Notes: generated by a model not told the origin, from the sequence alone. Positions 10,672 through 20,997 are shown, numbered from the stretch's first letter. The stretch is DNA of 64,000 nucleotides from Candidatus Dojkabacteria bacterium (GCA_030950485.1 JAUZRK010000006.1:19975-83974); one strand, 5' to 3'. Translations and numbers: made by a program.

Positions 10672-11355
10672 ATGCCTAAAATTCTATTATTAATATTTCC
10701 TATAGCTATTAGTCTAGCTAATAATTACGGCATTAAAACCAGTAATAGAACTCTATCTAATAAACAGGCTCTTCAATCATTTTCTGCTGGGTTATCAATA
10801 GCATATGTATTTAAGATCTTAATACCTGAGATTGCAACAAGTCCATCTCAAAGCCTAAATGAATCCATGACACTTTTAGTACTTGGGTTTAGTATATTTC
10901 ATATAACGCTTAAATACATTGCAAAAAATAATGATCCAAGACGTAGAGATGAATTCACTGAAATAGAGCATGTCTTCGTTGCTAGTCTTTATAACTTCTT
11001 AATTGGTTTTGTTTTAATTGAACATTTTGAAATAAATTTCAAAATTGGACTATTATTATTTGTAGTAGTTTCAGTTCATTCAATACTAATGCATTTAAGA
11101 CACAAACATAATGAGAGCTTTAATTTATTAAGCTTAAATAAAGCTAGATTAGTAATTTTTTCACCAATTATTGGAGGGCTTTTTGCAATATTAAATCCTT
11201 TTAACTCTCAAACTACCATAACACTTCTATCTCTCACTGCAGGTTGTATTTTATATATTGCAACACGGGAAGAAATTCCATTAGGAAGAGAAGGTAAACC
11301 TTTCTTTTTTATAATTGGGTTATTAAGTGTCATATTACTTTTTGGTTATAATTAG
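10672..11355 (+). CDS. ZIP-like metal transporter family membrane protein
   Basis: SFSAGLSIAYVF..LIPE; His-containing helices; AG.ILYIATREEIP. Confidence 0.6.
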   Translation: MPKILLLIFPIAISLANNYGIKTSNRTLSNKQALQSFSAGLSIAYVFKILIPEIATSPSQSLNESMTLLVLGFSIFHITLKYIAKNNDPRRRDEFTEIEHVFVASLYNFLIGFVLIEHFEINFKIGLLLFVVVSVHSILMHLRHKHNESFNLLSLNKARLVIFSPIIGGLFAILNPFNSQTTITLLSLTAGCILYIATREEIPLGREGKPFFFIIGLLSVILLFGYN

Positions 11356-11458
11356 ATTAATAATATTTAAAGCAAAACTAAGTTTGTTTATTTACAAATT
11401 TGAAATCAGATCAGTCTATCTATAAACTCTATTATATATAAGAAAAAAACATAAAAAA

Positions 11459-12834
11459 TAGAAAAAAAATTATAACTTTTCTCTCCTTAATATTATTAGC
11501 AGTTCTTGGAATTGTAGCTGGAATAATGTTAAAAGATGATCAATCCTCAGAAGATAGCAGTGCTAATGTAGCTGATTACTCTTGTACAGCTCTTTATCAG
11601 CCTGTTTGTGAAACTGACGGAGTAACCTATTCAAATTCATGTATGGCTGGGGCTTCAACAGTATCTATTGAATGCCTATCAGAATGTCCGTGTGGAATGG
11701 ATATTCCTAGTGAAATTTCACCATTAATCAGTGAATATGATGTTACAGAAACGATAACAGTTGATATTTCAGCCTATCCTGATTTAGCAAATAGCAACGG
11801 AATGAGCGTATTTTTAGATACTACAAATATCAACATTGAATCATTATAGATTCAGGTGATTCTTCATTTACTATTGTTGAGGAGTGCCAAGGAAAAACAT
11901 CATTTACCAATAATCAAGTTTGTTTTACAGTTGCACAAAGTGCACCTTTTATAGCGGGTGAGAAAATTGCAACTATGGAAATAAGCTTTTTGTCATCTAA
12001 TATTGCAACTATTAATAAGACTTCTGAATTCGGTTATGCAAATGGTGAGGAATTCAAAGTAGATACAAACGACAATGCAACCTATACAATACTTGAAGCT
12101 ATTATGCCTAATCTTACTGCTCCAGTCGCATCTTTTAGTTGTTCTAATAAAACTTTAGCAGGATCTCTTACATTACAAAATATCTATAGATCTGAGAATA
12201 GAATACTAATTTTCTCCGAGAGTACTGGCTTTACAAGCTCAATTGGAAAACATTAGTAGCAGATAGTTTAGAAACAGATATAAACGACTTATTCCTACTA
12301 AATGAAAACTATGCAATAACATCTACAGAGACTACACTTAATGAGAATACAAAATATTACGTTAAAGTTTTATATGCAGATCAAAATAAATTTTCAGCAG
12401 TTGCTGAATATACAACACCAGATTGTCAAGAGGAGATAGTAGAGATATCTGAGTGTCAAGTTTGTAATAGCCTAGATGCTAATCAAACCTGTATTCCCGA
12501 TTATGTTTGTGTAGATAATGGAGATATCGCAAATTCTACAAGTCAGTTATGTGTACCAACTGGAGAAGATTATTCGTATTGTGATGTAGATGTGATTGTT
12601 GACAACGATTCTTTTTGTGGACCGCTTGATACAAATTCAGATAGTATTATTTCTCTTGTAGATTTAACTTCTATGCTAAGTATTTACAAGCAAGCTTGTA
12701 ATACATTAGAGGATGATTCAACTTTTGGAATTTGCGGGAGAAAAGATACAAACAATGATGGAAAGATTAGTTTAGTTGATATAGTTTACTTATTGAGCAA
12801 ATATAAAATAGCTAATTGCGGGGAGACTGTATAA
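11459..12834 (+). pseudogene. Frameshift-split secreted modular protein: Kazal-like, cohesin-like, Cys-rich and tandem dockerin-like domains
   Basis: ORFs 11526-11849, 11975-12256 and 12592-12834 join via frameshifts. CTALYQPVCETDGVTYSNSC (Kazal); DTNSDSIISLVD and DTNNDGKISLVD (dockerin). Breaks may be assembly errors. Confidence 0.7.
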
Positions 12835-12851
12835 GAGGTTTAGAAAAAATT

Positions 12852-12884
12852 AAAAGGAGGCGATTTAAATCACCTCCTTTTTTT
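12852..12884. terminator. Bidirectional intrinsic terminator
   Basis: AAAAGGAGGCGATTT-AAATCACCTCCTTTTTTT between convergent genes. Confidence 0.8.
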
Positions 12885-12889
12885 AGGTA

Positions 12890-13585
12890 CTACCTAATCA
12901 ATACTTCTTCAAAGTTAGACTCAATCATTTTCCGAATTTGTAAAAGTTCTAGATCACTAGGAGCAGTTTCATTTTTCATTGCCTCATCAAGAACCTTAAT
13001 ACTCCTAAACTTCTGCAAAACGTATCGCTTCGAACCTTTAATAAGTTTAACAATGCGCATAATACCTGATTCATTTAAAAGATTGTTTACGATTGTTGTT
13101 CTAAACTCATAGTCAATTTTAGAATTCATTAAGATATCAATACTTTTAGAGATTCTTGAGCTATTATTTATAACTTTCACTCTCGTTATATTTCCATAAT
13201 CCTCTAAGGGAGCTTTGACATCCATTGCCACATAATCCACTAGTCCACTTTCTAATAGTGTCTGTAATTTCTCAGGGAAATAGCCAGAAGTACCTAGCTT
13301 AATTCTATACCCCATGTTTCGAACTTTAAATAAAAATTCACTGATATCATTATGTAAAAGCGGTTCTCCTCCTGTTATTACAACACCATCTAATTTATGC
13401 ATTCTATTTTCTAGAAACTCTAGTATTTCATTCTCATCTATAAGTTCAGTATATTGTTTAGAATCAACTAGCTCAGGATTATGGCAAAATCTACATCTAT
13501 ACATACAACCCCTAGTAAAAACGATTGCAGAGACATGACCTGGGAAATCAATCATAGAAAATTTCTGGAATCCACCTATTTTCAT
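12890..13585 (-). CDS. nrdG: Anaerobic ribonucleoside-triphosphate reductase activating radical SAM protein
   Basis: GCMYRCRFCHNP (CxxxCxxC); ITGGEP; YEFRTT; directly downstream of nrdD. Confidence 0.92.
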   Translation of the reverse strand: MKIGGFQKFSMIDFPGHVSAIVFTRGCMYRCRFCHNPELVDSKQYTELIDENEILEFLENRMHKLDGVVITGGEPLLHNDISEFLFKVRNMGYRIKLGTSGYFPEKLQTLLESGLVDYVAMDVKAPLEDYGNITRVKVINNSSRISKSIDILMNSKIDYEFRTTIVNNLLNESGIMRIVKLIKGSKRYVLQKFRSIKVLDEAMKNETAPSDLELLQIRKMIESNFEEVLIR

Positions 13586-13586
13586 T

Positions 13587-15233
13587 CTACTTAATAATAA
13601 ATTCTTTTCTCACAGCAAATTCTGCCTTCTTTCCATGATTCCATTGTTTTGCTGGTCTTAAATATCCAACCACTCTTGAGTAAATTTCACATTCTTCTCC
13701 ACAGTGTTCACATTTTTCTACTTCTCCATTTTGATATCCATGTGAAGGGCAAATACTAAACGTTGGAGTAAGGGTAAAATAGGGTAGTTTATAATTTAGA
13801 CAAACTTTATTTACCAAGTTTTTTACAACTTCTTTATCCCCTACTTGTTCGCCTAAAAATAAGTGCACAACTGTACCACCAGTATATTTGCTCTGTAAAT
13901 CATCTTGTAAATCTAATTCTTCAAAAATATCATCTGTATGATGAACAGGTAATTGAGATGAGTTTGTATAAAAAGGATGCGCTCCCTCTTTATATTCTTT
14001 ATTATTAGCAAAATTTAACTCATCGAATTTTGATTCATCAATTCTCGCCAGTCTATAAGATGTTCCCTCTCCAGGAGTAGCTTCTAAATTATAGTTATTT
14101 CCAGTTTCTTCTTGAAATTCTAAAAGCTTATCTCTCATAAAATCTAAAATCTCATTAGCAAATTCAATTCCGCTCTCAGTAGAGATATCTTTTCCCATAA
14201 AGTTTAGTAATGATTCATTCATTCCAATTAAACCTACAGTTGAAAAGTGATTCTTCCAGAAAGCTTCTGTCTTTATCTTTACAGATTTTAAATAATGTTT
14301 TGAATATGGATACAAGCCTTTTTCAGTATACATTTCTAGTTTTTCTCTTTTACTTCTAAGCTATTTTTTGCAATTATCATTAAATTTTCTAAAGCACTAA
14401 AGTATTCTTCTTTATTTTCAGCAATTAAACCTATTCTAGGTAAGTTAATTGTTACTATACCTATTGATCCAGTCAAGGGATGTGATCCAAATAATCCACC
14501 TCCTTTAACAGCTAGCTGAGTTGTATCTAATCTTAATCTACAACACATAGACCTAGCATCCTTTGGATCCATATCTGAGTTTATAAAGTTTGAAAAATAT
14601 GGCAATCCATACTTAGCAGTCGCCTCCAATTATTATAGCTTGTTCTTTAAAGTTTGGGGATACAGTAAGATCCATAGTTAGATTTGAAAATGGAGTTTGA
14701 AATCCAACTCTTGTCGGAATATTCATATTATAGATAAATTCTTGCATTGCTTGCTTTACCTCCTTGTATGTCAGATTATCATATCTAACGAATGGTGCTA
14801 GTAAAGTATCGAAACTAGAGAAAGCCTGAGCGCCTGAGGCTTCCCCTTGTAGTGTATAGAGAAAATTAACTATTTGTCCCAAAGCAGTTCTAAAATGCTT
14901 TGGGGGCCTACTTTCAATTTTCCCCTCAACTCCTCCAAAACCATTCATTAAAAGATCGTATAAATCCCATCCAACACAGTATACAGAAAGTTCAGATAGG
15001 TCGTGTATATGTAAATCTCCATTATCGTGAGCCTCTCTAGTCTGCTTATCATAAATATTATCAAGCCAATATCTCTTAGTAATCTCAGCGTTTATATAAT
15101 TCCTCATTCCTTGCAAAGAAAACGCCATATTAGCGTTTTCATTTACCTTCCAATCAGTTTCTTTTAAATAGCTATCAATTAAGCTTTCGGGGGATCCTAT
15201 TACAGTTTTATCTTTTAGTTCTTGTACTTTCAT
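13587..15233 (-). pseudogene. nrdD: Class III ribonucleotide reductase (no ATP-cone), split into three ORFs
   Basis: LHIHDL, YCVGW, SGAQA, SMCCRL, EATPGEG, YTGGTV, CPSHG..CEHC, YSRVVGYLRP. Breaks near 14620 (apparent deletion) and 14335 (A-run frameshift). Confidence 0.9.
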
Positions 15234-15242
15234 ATTTGAAAT

Positions 15243-15290
15243 TAACTATATATTGTATGTAAGAGATAGGATACACACAGCATGTTGTGG
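15243..15290. promoter_or_regulatory. Tandem NrdR boxes upstream of nrdD
   Basis: TAACTATATATTGTAT (15243-15258) and ACACAGCATGTTGTGG (15275-15290) match acaCwAtATaTwGtgt, 32 bp apart; minus-strand TTGACA at 15291-15296. Confidence 0.75.
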
Positions 15291-15369
15291 TGTCAATCAT
15301 ATTTCAGAAATACTTCATTTAGCAATTCTAGACTCGTTCTCAGGTAATTATTAGTTATATTTACTTTAG

Positions 15370-15385
15370 TACTACATGTATAGTA
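15370..15385. promoter_or_regulatory. BlaI-type operator upstream of the blaI-like gene
   Basis: TACTACATGTATAGTA between TTTACT (-35-like) and TAGAAT (-10-like). Confidence 0.75.
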
Positions 15386-15410
15386 GAATGATTTAGCTTA
15401 ATAAAAAATT

Positions 15411-15782
15411 ATGAGCAGTAACCTATTAGGAGAATTAGAACAGAAAATAATGAATATTTTATGGGATAGTGAAGAAGCACTTAAACCATCTGAGGTTAAA
15501 GTAAAACTAGGAGAAGGGTACGCATATACGACAGTTATGACTGTTCTTACTAGACTTAATGAAAAGGAACTTTTAAGCAGATGTAAAAAAGGCAAAGCAT
15601 ATTATTATTCTCCAATTGAATGTAAGGAGAAATTTGCAACAACTAAACTTAAAAATCTATTTGGTGGAATAATTTCATCTTATAATGATCTTGCTATTAC
15701 TCAATTTGTTGATGCAATAGAAGAAGAAGATCCTGCAAGTTTACAAAAGCTTAAAGATTATTTAAATAAAGCAAGTGATTAA
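15411..15782 (+). CDS. BlaI/MecI/CopY family repressor
   Basis: LGELEQKIMNILW; AYTTVMTVLTRL.EK..L.R.K.GKAYYY. Confidence 0.92.
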   Translation: MSSNLLGELEQKIMNILWDSEEALKPSEVKVKLGEGYAYTTVMTVLTRLNEKELLSRCKKGKAYYYSPIECKEKFATTKLKNLFGGIISSYNDLAITQFVDAIEEEDPASLQKLKDYLNKASD

Positions 15783-16731
15783 AGGGTATTCTAGAAATAA
15801 AAAAATACTATTTAATACTCATCTAATACTTGGAATAAGTTACTTGCTCCTAGTTGCTGTTCTGTCTACTAATGTTTTACAAAGTTGTTATTCAATAGTA
15901 GCAAAAGAAAATGGTTATACATCAGCATTCAATGTATTTGGGAATAGATTGGATCTATTAATAACATTTAGTTCAATATTACTAACTATTTTTCTATGGA
16001 TTTTTTTAGTCAAAGGCTTGTTTCAAACAACACTTAAGCTATTTGCAACTAAAAAGTATCTAAATTCACTTTCTACAATCAATAATGGGGATTACAGAGT
16101 CATAGAGAACAAAGATAATCTAGCTTTTACTTACGGAGTTATTTCTCCACAAGTATATCTATCTAAGAATCTAATAACAGAACTAACTAGAAACGAACTT
16201 AAAGCAGTCTTAACTCATGAATATAAGCATAAATCTGAAAATGATCCCTTAAAATCATTAATCTCTTATTTAATAAATTCAATAATTATTCCTTTACCAT
16301 TTAAGTCTAAATTTCATAATGATTTTCTAACAATTTCTGAAGTGATCGCCGACAAAGAAGCCGAAGCAGTAAGTAAATCAAAGAGAGTAGTAGCAGAAAC
16401 TTTATTAAAATTATTTGATATTAGACAAAAACAAATTTTATTCATAAGTAATTTTTCCAGTGATAATTCAAGATTAGAGATATTTTTAACAGATAAAAAA
16501 TTTAAAATCAAAACAAACCTTTTATTAATAGCGCTACTAAGTAGTGTTTTTATAATATTACCAATTGGACTAGTAACTGCAAAGCCACTTAATAGATGTC
16601 ATGAATTCTATACTTGTGTTGATGAATATGAAGAAATGGATTTAATTAATTCAGAAGGTACGTGTATTGATAAACTTTACAGTAAAGAGCTTATACAAAG
16701 TAGTATTGACAAAAACATGTCCACATATTAA
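15775..16731 (+). CDS. M56-family (BlaR1-like) membrane metallopeptidase without a penicillin-binding sensor domain
   Basis: AFTYG..SP.VYLS; ELKAVLTHEYKH (HExxH); E..AD; short C-terminal tail with 3 Cys. Confidence 0.88.
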   Translation: MIKGYSRNKKILFNTHLILGISYLLLVAVLSTNVLQSCYSIVAKENGYTSAFNVFGNRLDLLITFSSILLTIFLWIFLVKGLFQTTLKLFATKKYLNSLSTINNGDYRVIENKDNLAFTYGVISPQVYLSKNLITELTRNELKAVLTHEYKHKSENDPLKSLISYLINSIIIPLPFKSKFHNDFLTISEVIADKEAEAVSKSKRVVAETLLKLFDIRQKQILFISNFSSDNSRLEIFLTDKKFKIKTNLLLIALLSSVFIILPIGLVTAKPLNRCHEFYTCVDEYEEMDLINSEGTCIDKLYSKELIQSSIDKNMSTY

Positions 16732-16784
16732 TTTGAATTAAATAGGGTTATAATTTTTTATAATATTTTGTTGACATAAATTAC

Positions 16785-16800
16785 TACTACATCTATAGTA
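16785..16800. promoter_or_regulatory. BlaI-type operator upstream of dsbA
   Basis: TACTACATCTATAGTA (extends to ACTACTACA-TC-TATAGTAGT), just downstream of TTGACA at 16771-16776. Confidence 0.75.
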
Positions 16801-16840
16801 GTTTATATTTAAAATAATTTTATATATTAGTTTCAAATAC

Positions 16841-17662
16841 ATGAGTGAAGTCTCAAAAGAAAATGAGGCAATTACAATAAACGTACAACCGTTTATTATG
16901 CCCATAACAATTCTTCTTTCAGTAATTATATTTGCGCTAGGATTTGTCTCTGGTTTAGGATCTATATCTGACGCTATTAAAGAAAGCGAATCAGACACAA
17001 TAGTTGTAGAAGGAGGTTCAGGCAATGGAGGCACTGCAGTAGCTAATGATCCAACACCATCGGCTGCTCCAACACCAACTACTCAAGGTGTTACTTCAAT
17101 TGATGATGATGCTTATTTAGGAGATAAAGATTCTGCTAAAGTTGCTATCGTAGAGTTTACAGATTTTGAGTGTCCATTCTGTCAAAGACACCACCAACAA
17201 ACATACCCTTCTATTATTCAAGATTATGTAGACAGTGGGGATGCTATTTATGTAATTAGAGACTATCCTCTAAGTTTTCACGAGCCAGTTGCTACACAAG
17301 CAGCAATCTCTGCTGAGTGTGTTCATGAGCTAGCAGGTAAGAAAGCTTACTTCGAGTTTACTGATTATTACTTTGAGGCTACACAATCTAATGGTGCAGG
17401 TGTATCAGGAGGTGCTGATGCAATAGCTGACTTAGCTGAAGAAGCAGGAGCTAAGAGAAGTGATTTTGAAAAATGTTTAGATGAAGAACGATATGCTGAA
17501 GAAACAGCAGATGATTTAGCTGATGGTTCTGCTGCAGGAATCTCTGGAACTCCAGGATTCATTGTTGGAGTCTTAAACGATGACGGTAGCGTAGAAGGAG
17601 AATTAGTATCTGGTGCCCAACCATACTCATCTTTCCAAACTACTATTGAAAAATATCTTTAA
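16841..17662 (+). CDS. dsbA: DsbA/BdbD-like membrane-anchored thiol-disulfide oxidoreductase
   Basis: EFTDFECPFC; RDYPL; GISGTPGF; GAQPY; N-terminal TM. Confidence 0.9.
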   Translation: MSEVSKENEAITINVQPFIMPITILLSVIIFALGFVSGLGSISDAIKESESDTIVVEGGSGNGGTAVANDPTPSAAPTPTTQGVTSIDDDAYLGDKDSAKVAIVEFTDFECPFCQRHHQQTYPSIIQDYVDSGDAIYVIRDYPLSFHEPVATQAAISAECVHELAGKKAYFEFTDYYFEATQSNGAGVSGGADAIADLAEEAGAKRSDFEKCLDEERYAEETADDLADGSAAGISGTPGFIVGVLNDDGSVEGELVSGAQPYSSFQTTIEKYL

Positions 17663-17681
17663 TCTATAGATAAAGAATTTT

Positions 17682-17712
17682 AAAAGAGGGAAGTTTAACT
17701 TCCCTCTTTTTT
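17682..17712. terminator. Bidirectional intrinsic terminator
   Basis: AAAAGAGGGAAGTT-T-AACTTCCCTCTTTTTT between convergent genes. Confidence 0.8.
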
Positions 17713-18342
17713 AGCATTTTTTGTATTTATAGTATAAATAGTCGAGAAATACTCATCATCTCTTAAATAAATTAAAGAATCTTTCTGTTTAAGGTATTCA
17801 GCTTCAACAATTTTTAAATTTTCTTGATATTTAGAATTTTCCCAATGAACCATTATATTAAAATCAAGTATACCTAATCCATTTTTTTCAATTTGCAGTT
17901 CCTCACAGTCTTTCTCTACAATATGATATGGGTAAATGTATTTTGTAAGAACTACGGATCCCGCACTAGATCCGATATACAATTTATTTTCAAGAAAGAA
18001 TCTAATTACTTCTTCAAAACTGTGCTTCTTTATCTGTGCGACAAGATAGGCTGCTGTACCTCCAGCAAAATATATAATGTCATAGTTTGATTTTATATAT
18101 TCCTTATCTAAATTATCTTCAATATTTAATACTGAAATACTAGCACCATTAAATGATTTTGATACTTCGTCAAGGTGGGCTAATACCCAGTTAGGATATT
18201 CGTTATTTTCTGTAAGGTATGTATTAGCAGCTGTTGTAAAGTAAGCTATTTTCAAATTCACTAATGACTTATTAAGATGCATTGGGATTTTACTAAGTAG
18301 CTCTGTATCTTTTAAATGTTTTGATAAAAGTATATAGTTCAT
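17695..18342 (-). CDS. Peptidase S51 (dipeptidase E-like)
   Basis: YFTTAAN; YFAGGT; YIGSSAGS; IMVH. Confidence 0.85.
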   Translation of the reverse strand: MNYILLSKHLKDTELLSKIPMHLNKSLVNLKIAYFTTAANTYLTENNEYPNWVLAHLDEVSKSFNGASISVLNIEDNLDKEYIKSNYDIIYFAGGTAAYLVAQIKKHSFEEVIRFFLENKLYIGSSAGSVVLTKYIYPYHIVEKDCEELQIEKNGLGILDFNIMVHWENSKYQENLKIVEAEYLKQKDSLIYLRDDEYFSTIYTINTKNAKKEGS

Positions 18343-19109
18343 ATACCCAAATAAGTATCTACATTTTCAAAGATAATACTGAATTCCTCCGTGAAGTTTT
18401 TACTATTAATTCTATCAATACTATTTAAAATACTTCCATCTATATAATTATTTCGTCTATACCATAATGATTTTTCAATTTCTTTTGGAATTATTATTGG
18501 TTCTTTTAGATCTTTCTCTAGAGTAAGTGCTCTGTTATCTTTTAAAATACTCTTGAAAACTATTTTATCTTTATCAAACTGGCTTATTTCTATCTGATTA
18601 TCCTTAATTATAATATTATTAGATGCACTAGTAGTATCTACCGAAAATATAGCTTCATTAGTATTAAATCTAAAGTCTTGATAACTTACAATATACTCTT
18701 TACCATTATCTCCTTCTAGTATTCGATTCCAAATCTTCCCTTCTTCAATTTTTAACTCAATCCATCTGTCTTCAACAATAACTTGTACTTCTGTATTTTC
18801 ATCTAGTGTAATTATTGTTTTAGAATCTATGTATAAGTGAGCAAAGCTGTCTTCAGAAGTTTTTACTGTAGCTCCAGAACTTAAATTTATATACGTATCT
18901 TCTAGTGTATTAAAAGTACTTTCTCCTTTTATTTCATAGCTAATTTCTCCCTGATGATTTAATAATGTGAAAGTATTTGGAGTTTTTGAACCATAGAATC
19001 TAGAACCCCCAATAGAAATTGCGACAAAAAAGATAAAAGCTATAAATTTTGCTTTTTTACTATTCACTAAAATGAATTTATCTATAGAAAGTCTATCAAA
19101 AAAGAACAA
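18339..19109 (-). CDS. FecR-like domain membrane protein
   Basis: TM, then G.TVKTSEDSFAHL....ITLDENT and L.IEEGKIW. Confidence 0.7.
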   Translation of the reverse strand: MFFFDRLSIDKFILVNSKKAKFIAFIFFVAISIGGSRFYGSKTPNTFTLLNHQGEISYEIKGESTFNTLEDTYINLSSGATVKTSEDSFAHLYIDSKTIITLDENTEVQVIVEDRWIELKIEEGKIWNRILEGDNGKEYIVSYQDFRFNTNEAIFSVDTTSASNNIIIKDNQIEISQFDKDKIVFKSILKDNRALTLEKDLKEPIIIPKEIEKSLWYRRNNYIDGSILNSIDRINSKNFTEEFSIIFENVDTYLGI

Positions 19110-19139
19110 GAATGTCTTTCAAGAAGAGAACTGCTAGTT

Positions 19140-19742
19140 TTAAAGTTTCTGAGTCATACTATTTCCCATATCAATCATACTCTGAATCTTTCTTGCAGCT
19201 TGGACTGGCGATTTAACATACTTTAAATACATAGAGTTTGTATCCGTTAACTTATTTACCTCTATAAGTTTAATTGTCCCTATATCAAAAATTCTTTGTA
19301 ATGGATTTTGGATTACAGTAACTCTGTCAAATTCACTTGTACCTAATGTTTTTAATCTCCTGATAAGTCCTCCATTGGATATTATAATTTTACCCTGAAG
19401 AGAGTCAAAAAAGTTATCATCAATAACTTGAATTTCACTAGGAATAAATTTATAAGTCAAACTAGATTTATTTAAATAGGCTAGTAGTTCTACAGTTAAC
19501 AATACTATTACTATCAAAAAACTGAATAAGGTAATATATGAATTATACGTACTATTTTTAATTATACTTGATAGAAATATATAACCGATTATTAATAGAC
19601 CTAGTAGTAAAGATATTCTAATTAAAGTTATTATTTTTAGAATAGAAAAGTCAGTAGGTACAGAAAATGCCTTCCATCTTCTTTTTCTTATAGTTCTAAC
19701 TTCTACTTCTCTATTCTTCAGAGTTACAGGTTTAATATCTTG
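19140..19742 (-). CDS. Bacterial PH (bPH_2)-like membrane protein, start uncertain
   Basis: V.VIQNPLQRIFDIGTI motif. The frame stays open upstream of 19517 to about 19742, adding further hydrophobic sequence. Confidence 0.6.
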   Translation of the reverse strand, partial: QDIKPVTLKNREVEVRTIRKRRWKAFSVPTDFSILKIITLIRISLLLGLLIIGYIFLSSIIKNSTYNSYITLFSFLIVIVLLTVELLAYLNKSSLTYKFIPSEIQVIDDNFFDSLQGKIIISNGGLIRRLKTLGTSEFDRVTVIQNPLQRIFDIGTIKLIEVNKLTDTNSMYLKYVKSPVQAARKIQSMIDMGNSMTQKL

Positions 19743-20803
19743 TTATTGCAGCTAGATTATTTTCACTATCATCTCTTACTATAGAAATTTTACCTCCTTT
19801 ATTTAGAACATAATCAACAATTTTCTGAATTTTATAAGCTCTTTTATATAATGACTTAGCATGCATATTCAAGATTAATTTCTTAACCCTACCTTGCTTA
19901 GCAAATCTTCTTATTTTATTTAAATCGATTAGTTTTGTTTCCCCTTCAGCTAATTTATCGACTTCTTCTGTAAAGTTAACTTCTGCTAAGACCTTTTCCC
20001 AAAGTTCATATGCCGTTGAATCTTGATAATCTCCTTCAATTTCGCCAATAATCGTTCCTTTTTTTAGAAAGCTCTTAAATAGTGCTATATTCTCCTTTGT
20101 TGACGTTATAATAAATTCATTATTTTTGGAAAACTTAAATAATCTTTTAGTAATGAGTTGAATATATACTTCCTTCTCATTAGCTATACTAGATTCTTTA
20201 ACTGCTTGACCATGTATAATAGAAGATCCTCCTCCTATATGACTCTGAATTTGTTTTTCTTTATCAATATAGTAACCAAGCTCTTCAACATTTTTAGGCC
20301 AAAGAGAATCATTTATTTCCAGTTCTCTAAAACTATTTTTGTAAATTCTATAATTCTATTATGTTTACTACTAATATCAATTATTGTTTTAGTACTTGTA
20401 GCTACCTCTTCTAGTAGAAAGTATATAAAGTTTAGATCTATGTAAACATTATTACCTAACTCTTCAGCTACTTTTATGACTTTTATATAATCTTTAGTCA
20501 TAAATATAGCTATCGATCTTACATTACTCTCTATAGACTTCCTTATTAAGTCTTGTTCAAGAGAATCTATACTTGCTTGGTAAAATTCTCTGTAGTCCTT
20601 GTCATGCTTTATATTATTAATAAAGTATTCATTATTTTCAATTTCATTTTTAGCATTATTCAAAAGTGTTTTTAATTTTTTTAAATTATTTTTGGATAAT
20701 TTAAATAAATACTTATCTTTGGAAGCTTATAATGAGTGTTCTCATTCTTTTTATTTAACTCTTTTAAAACCTCTTTATTTAACCATTCCATATTTTTTCC
20801 CAT
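19732..20803 (-). pseudogene. Frameshift-split protein resembling the bacterial archaeo-eukaryotic release factor (baeRF3-like) family
   Basis: ATG at 20803 and shifts near 20690 and 20330 give a continuous protein of about 355 aa (..LKTLLNNAKNEI..SIAIFM..GGGSSIIHGQ..AKQGRVKKLIL..VLNKGGKISIV..LAAITRY*). Confidence 0.5.
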
Positions 20804-20854
20804 AATTTTTTTTCTTAACATCTTAAATACTATACAACAAGACCTAAAAATAGT

Positions 20855-20997
20855 GACAATTCTATGTGTCTTTTCTAACAGTTCTTAACTGAAGCATGCT
20901 TATTGGTCTCTGGATATATATTAATAGCTTAACACATTATGAGAGAATTGCCAAGCAACGATGACATATTATTTTGTCGAAGATACACAATCTTGTC
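20855..20997. promoter_or_regulatory. Three GACA-N8-TGTC palindromes (putative operator)
   Basis: Copies at 20855-20870, 20963-20978 and 20982-20997 (last has GATA). Confidence 0.5.

Noticed and set aside
15411-16731. Beta-lactam resistance (bla/mec) locus
   Set aside because: No beta-lactamase or PBP gene nearby, no penicillin-binding sensor domain, and the operators point to redox genes.
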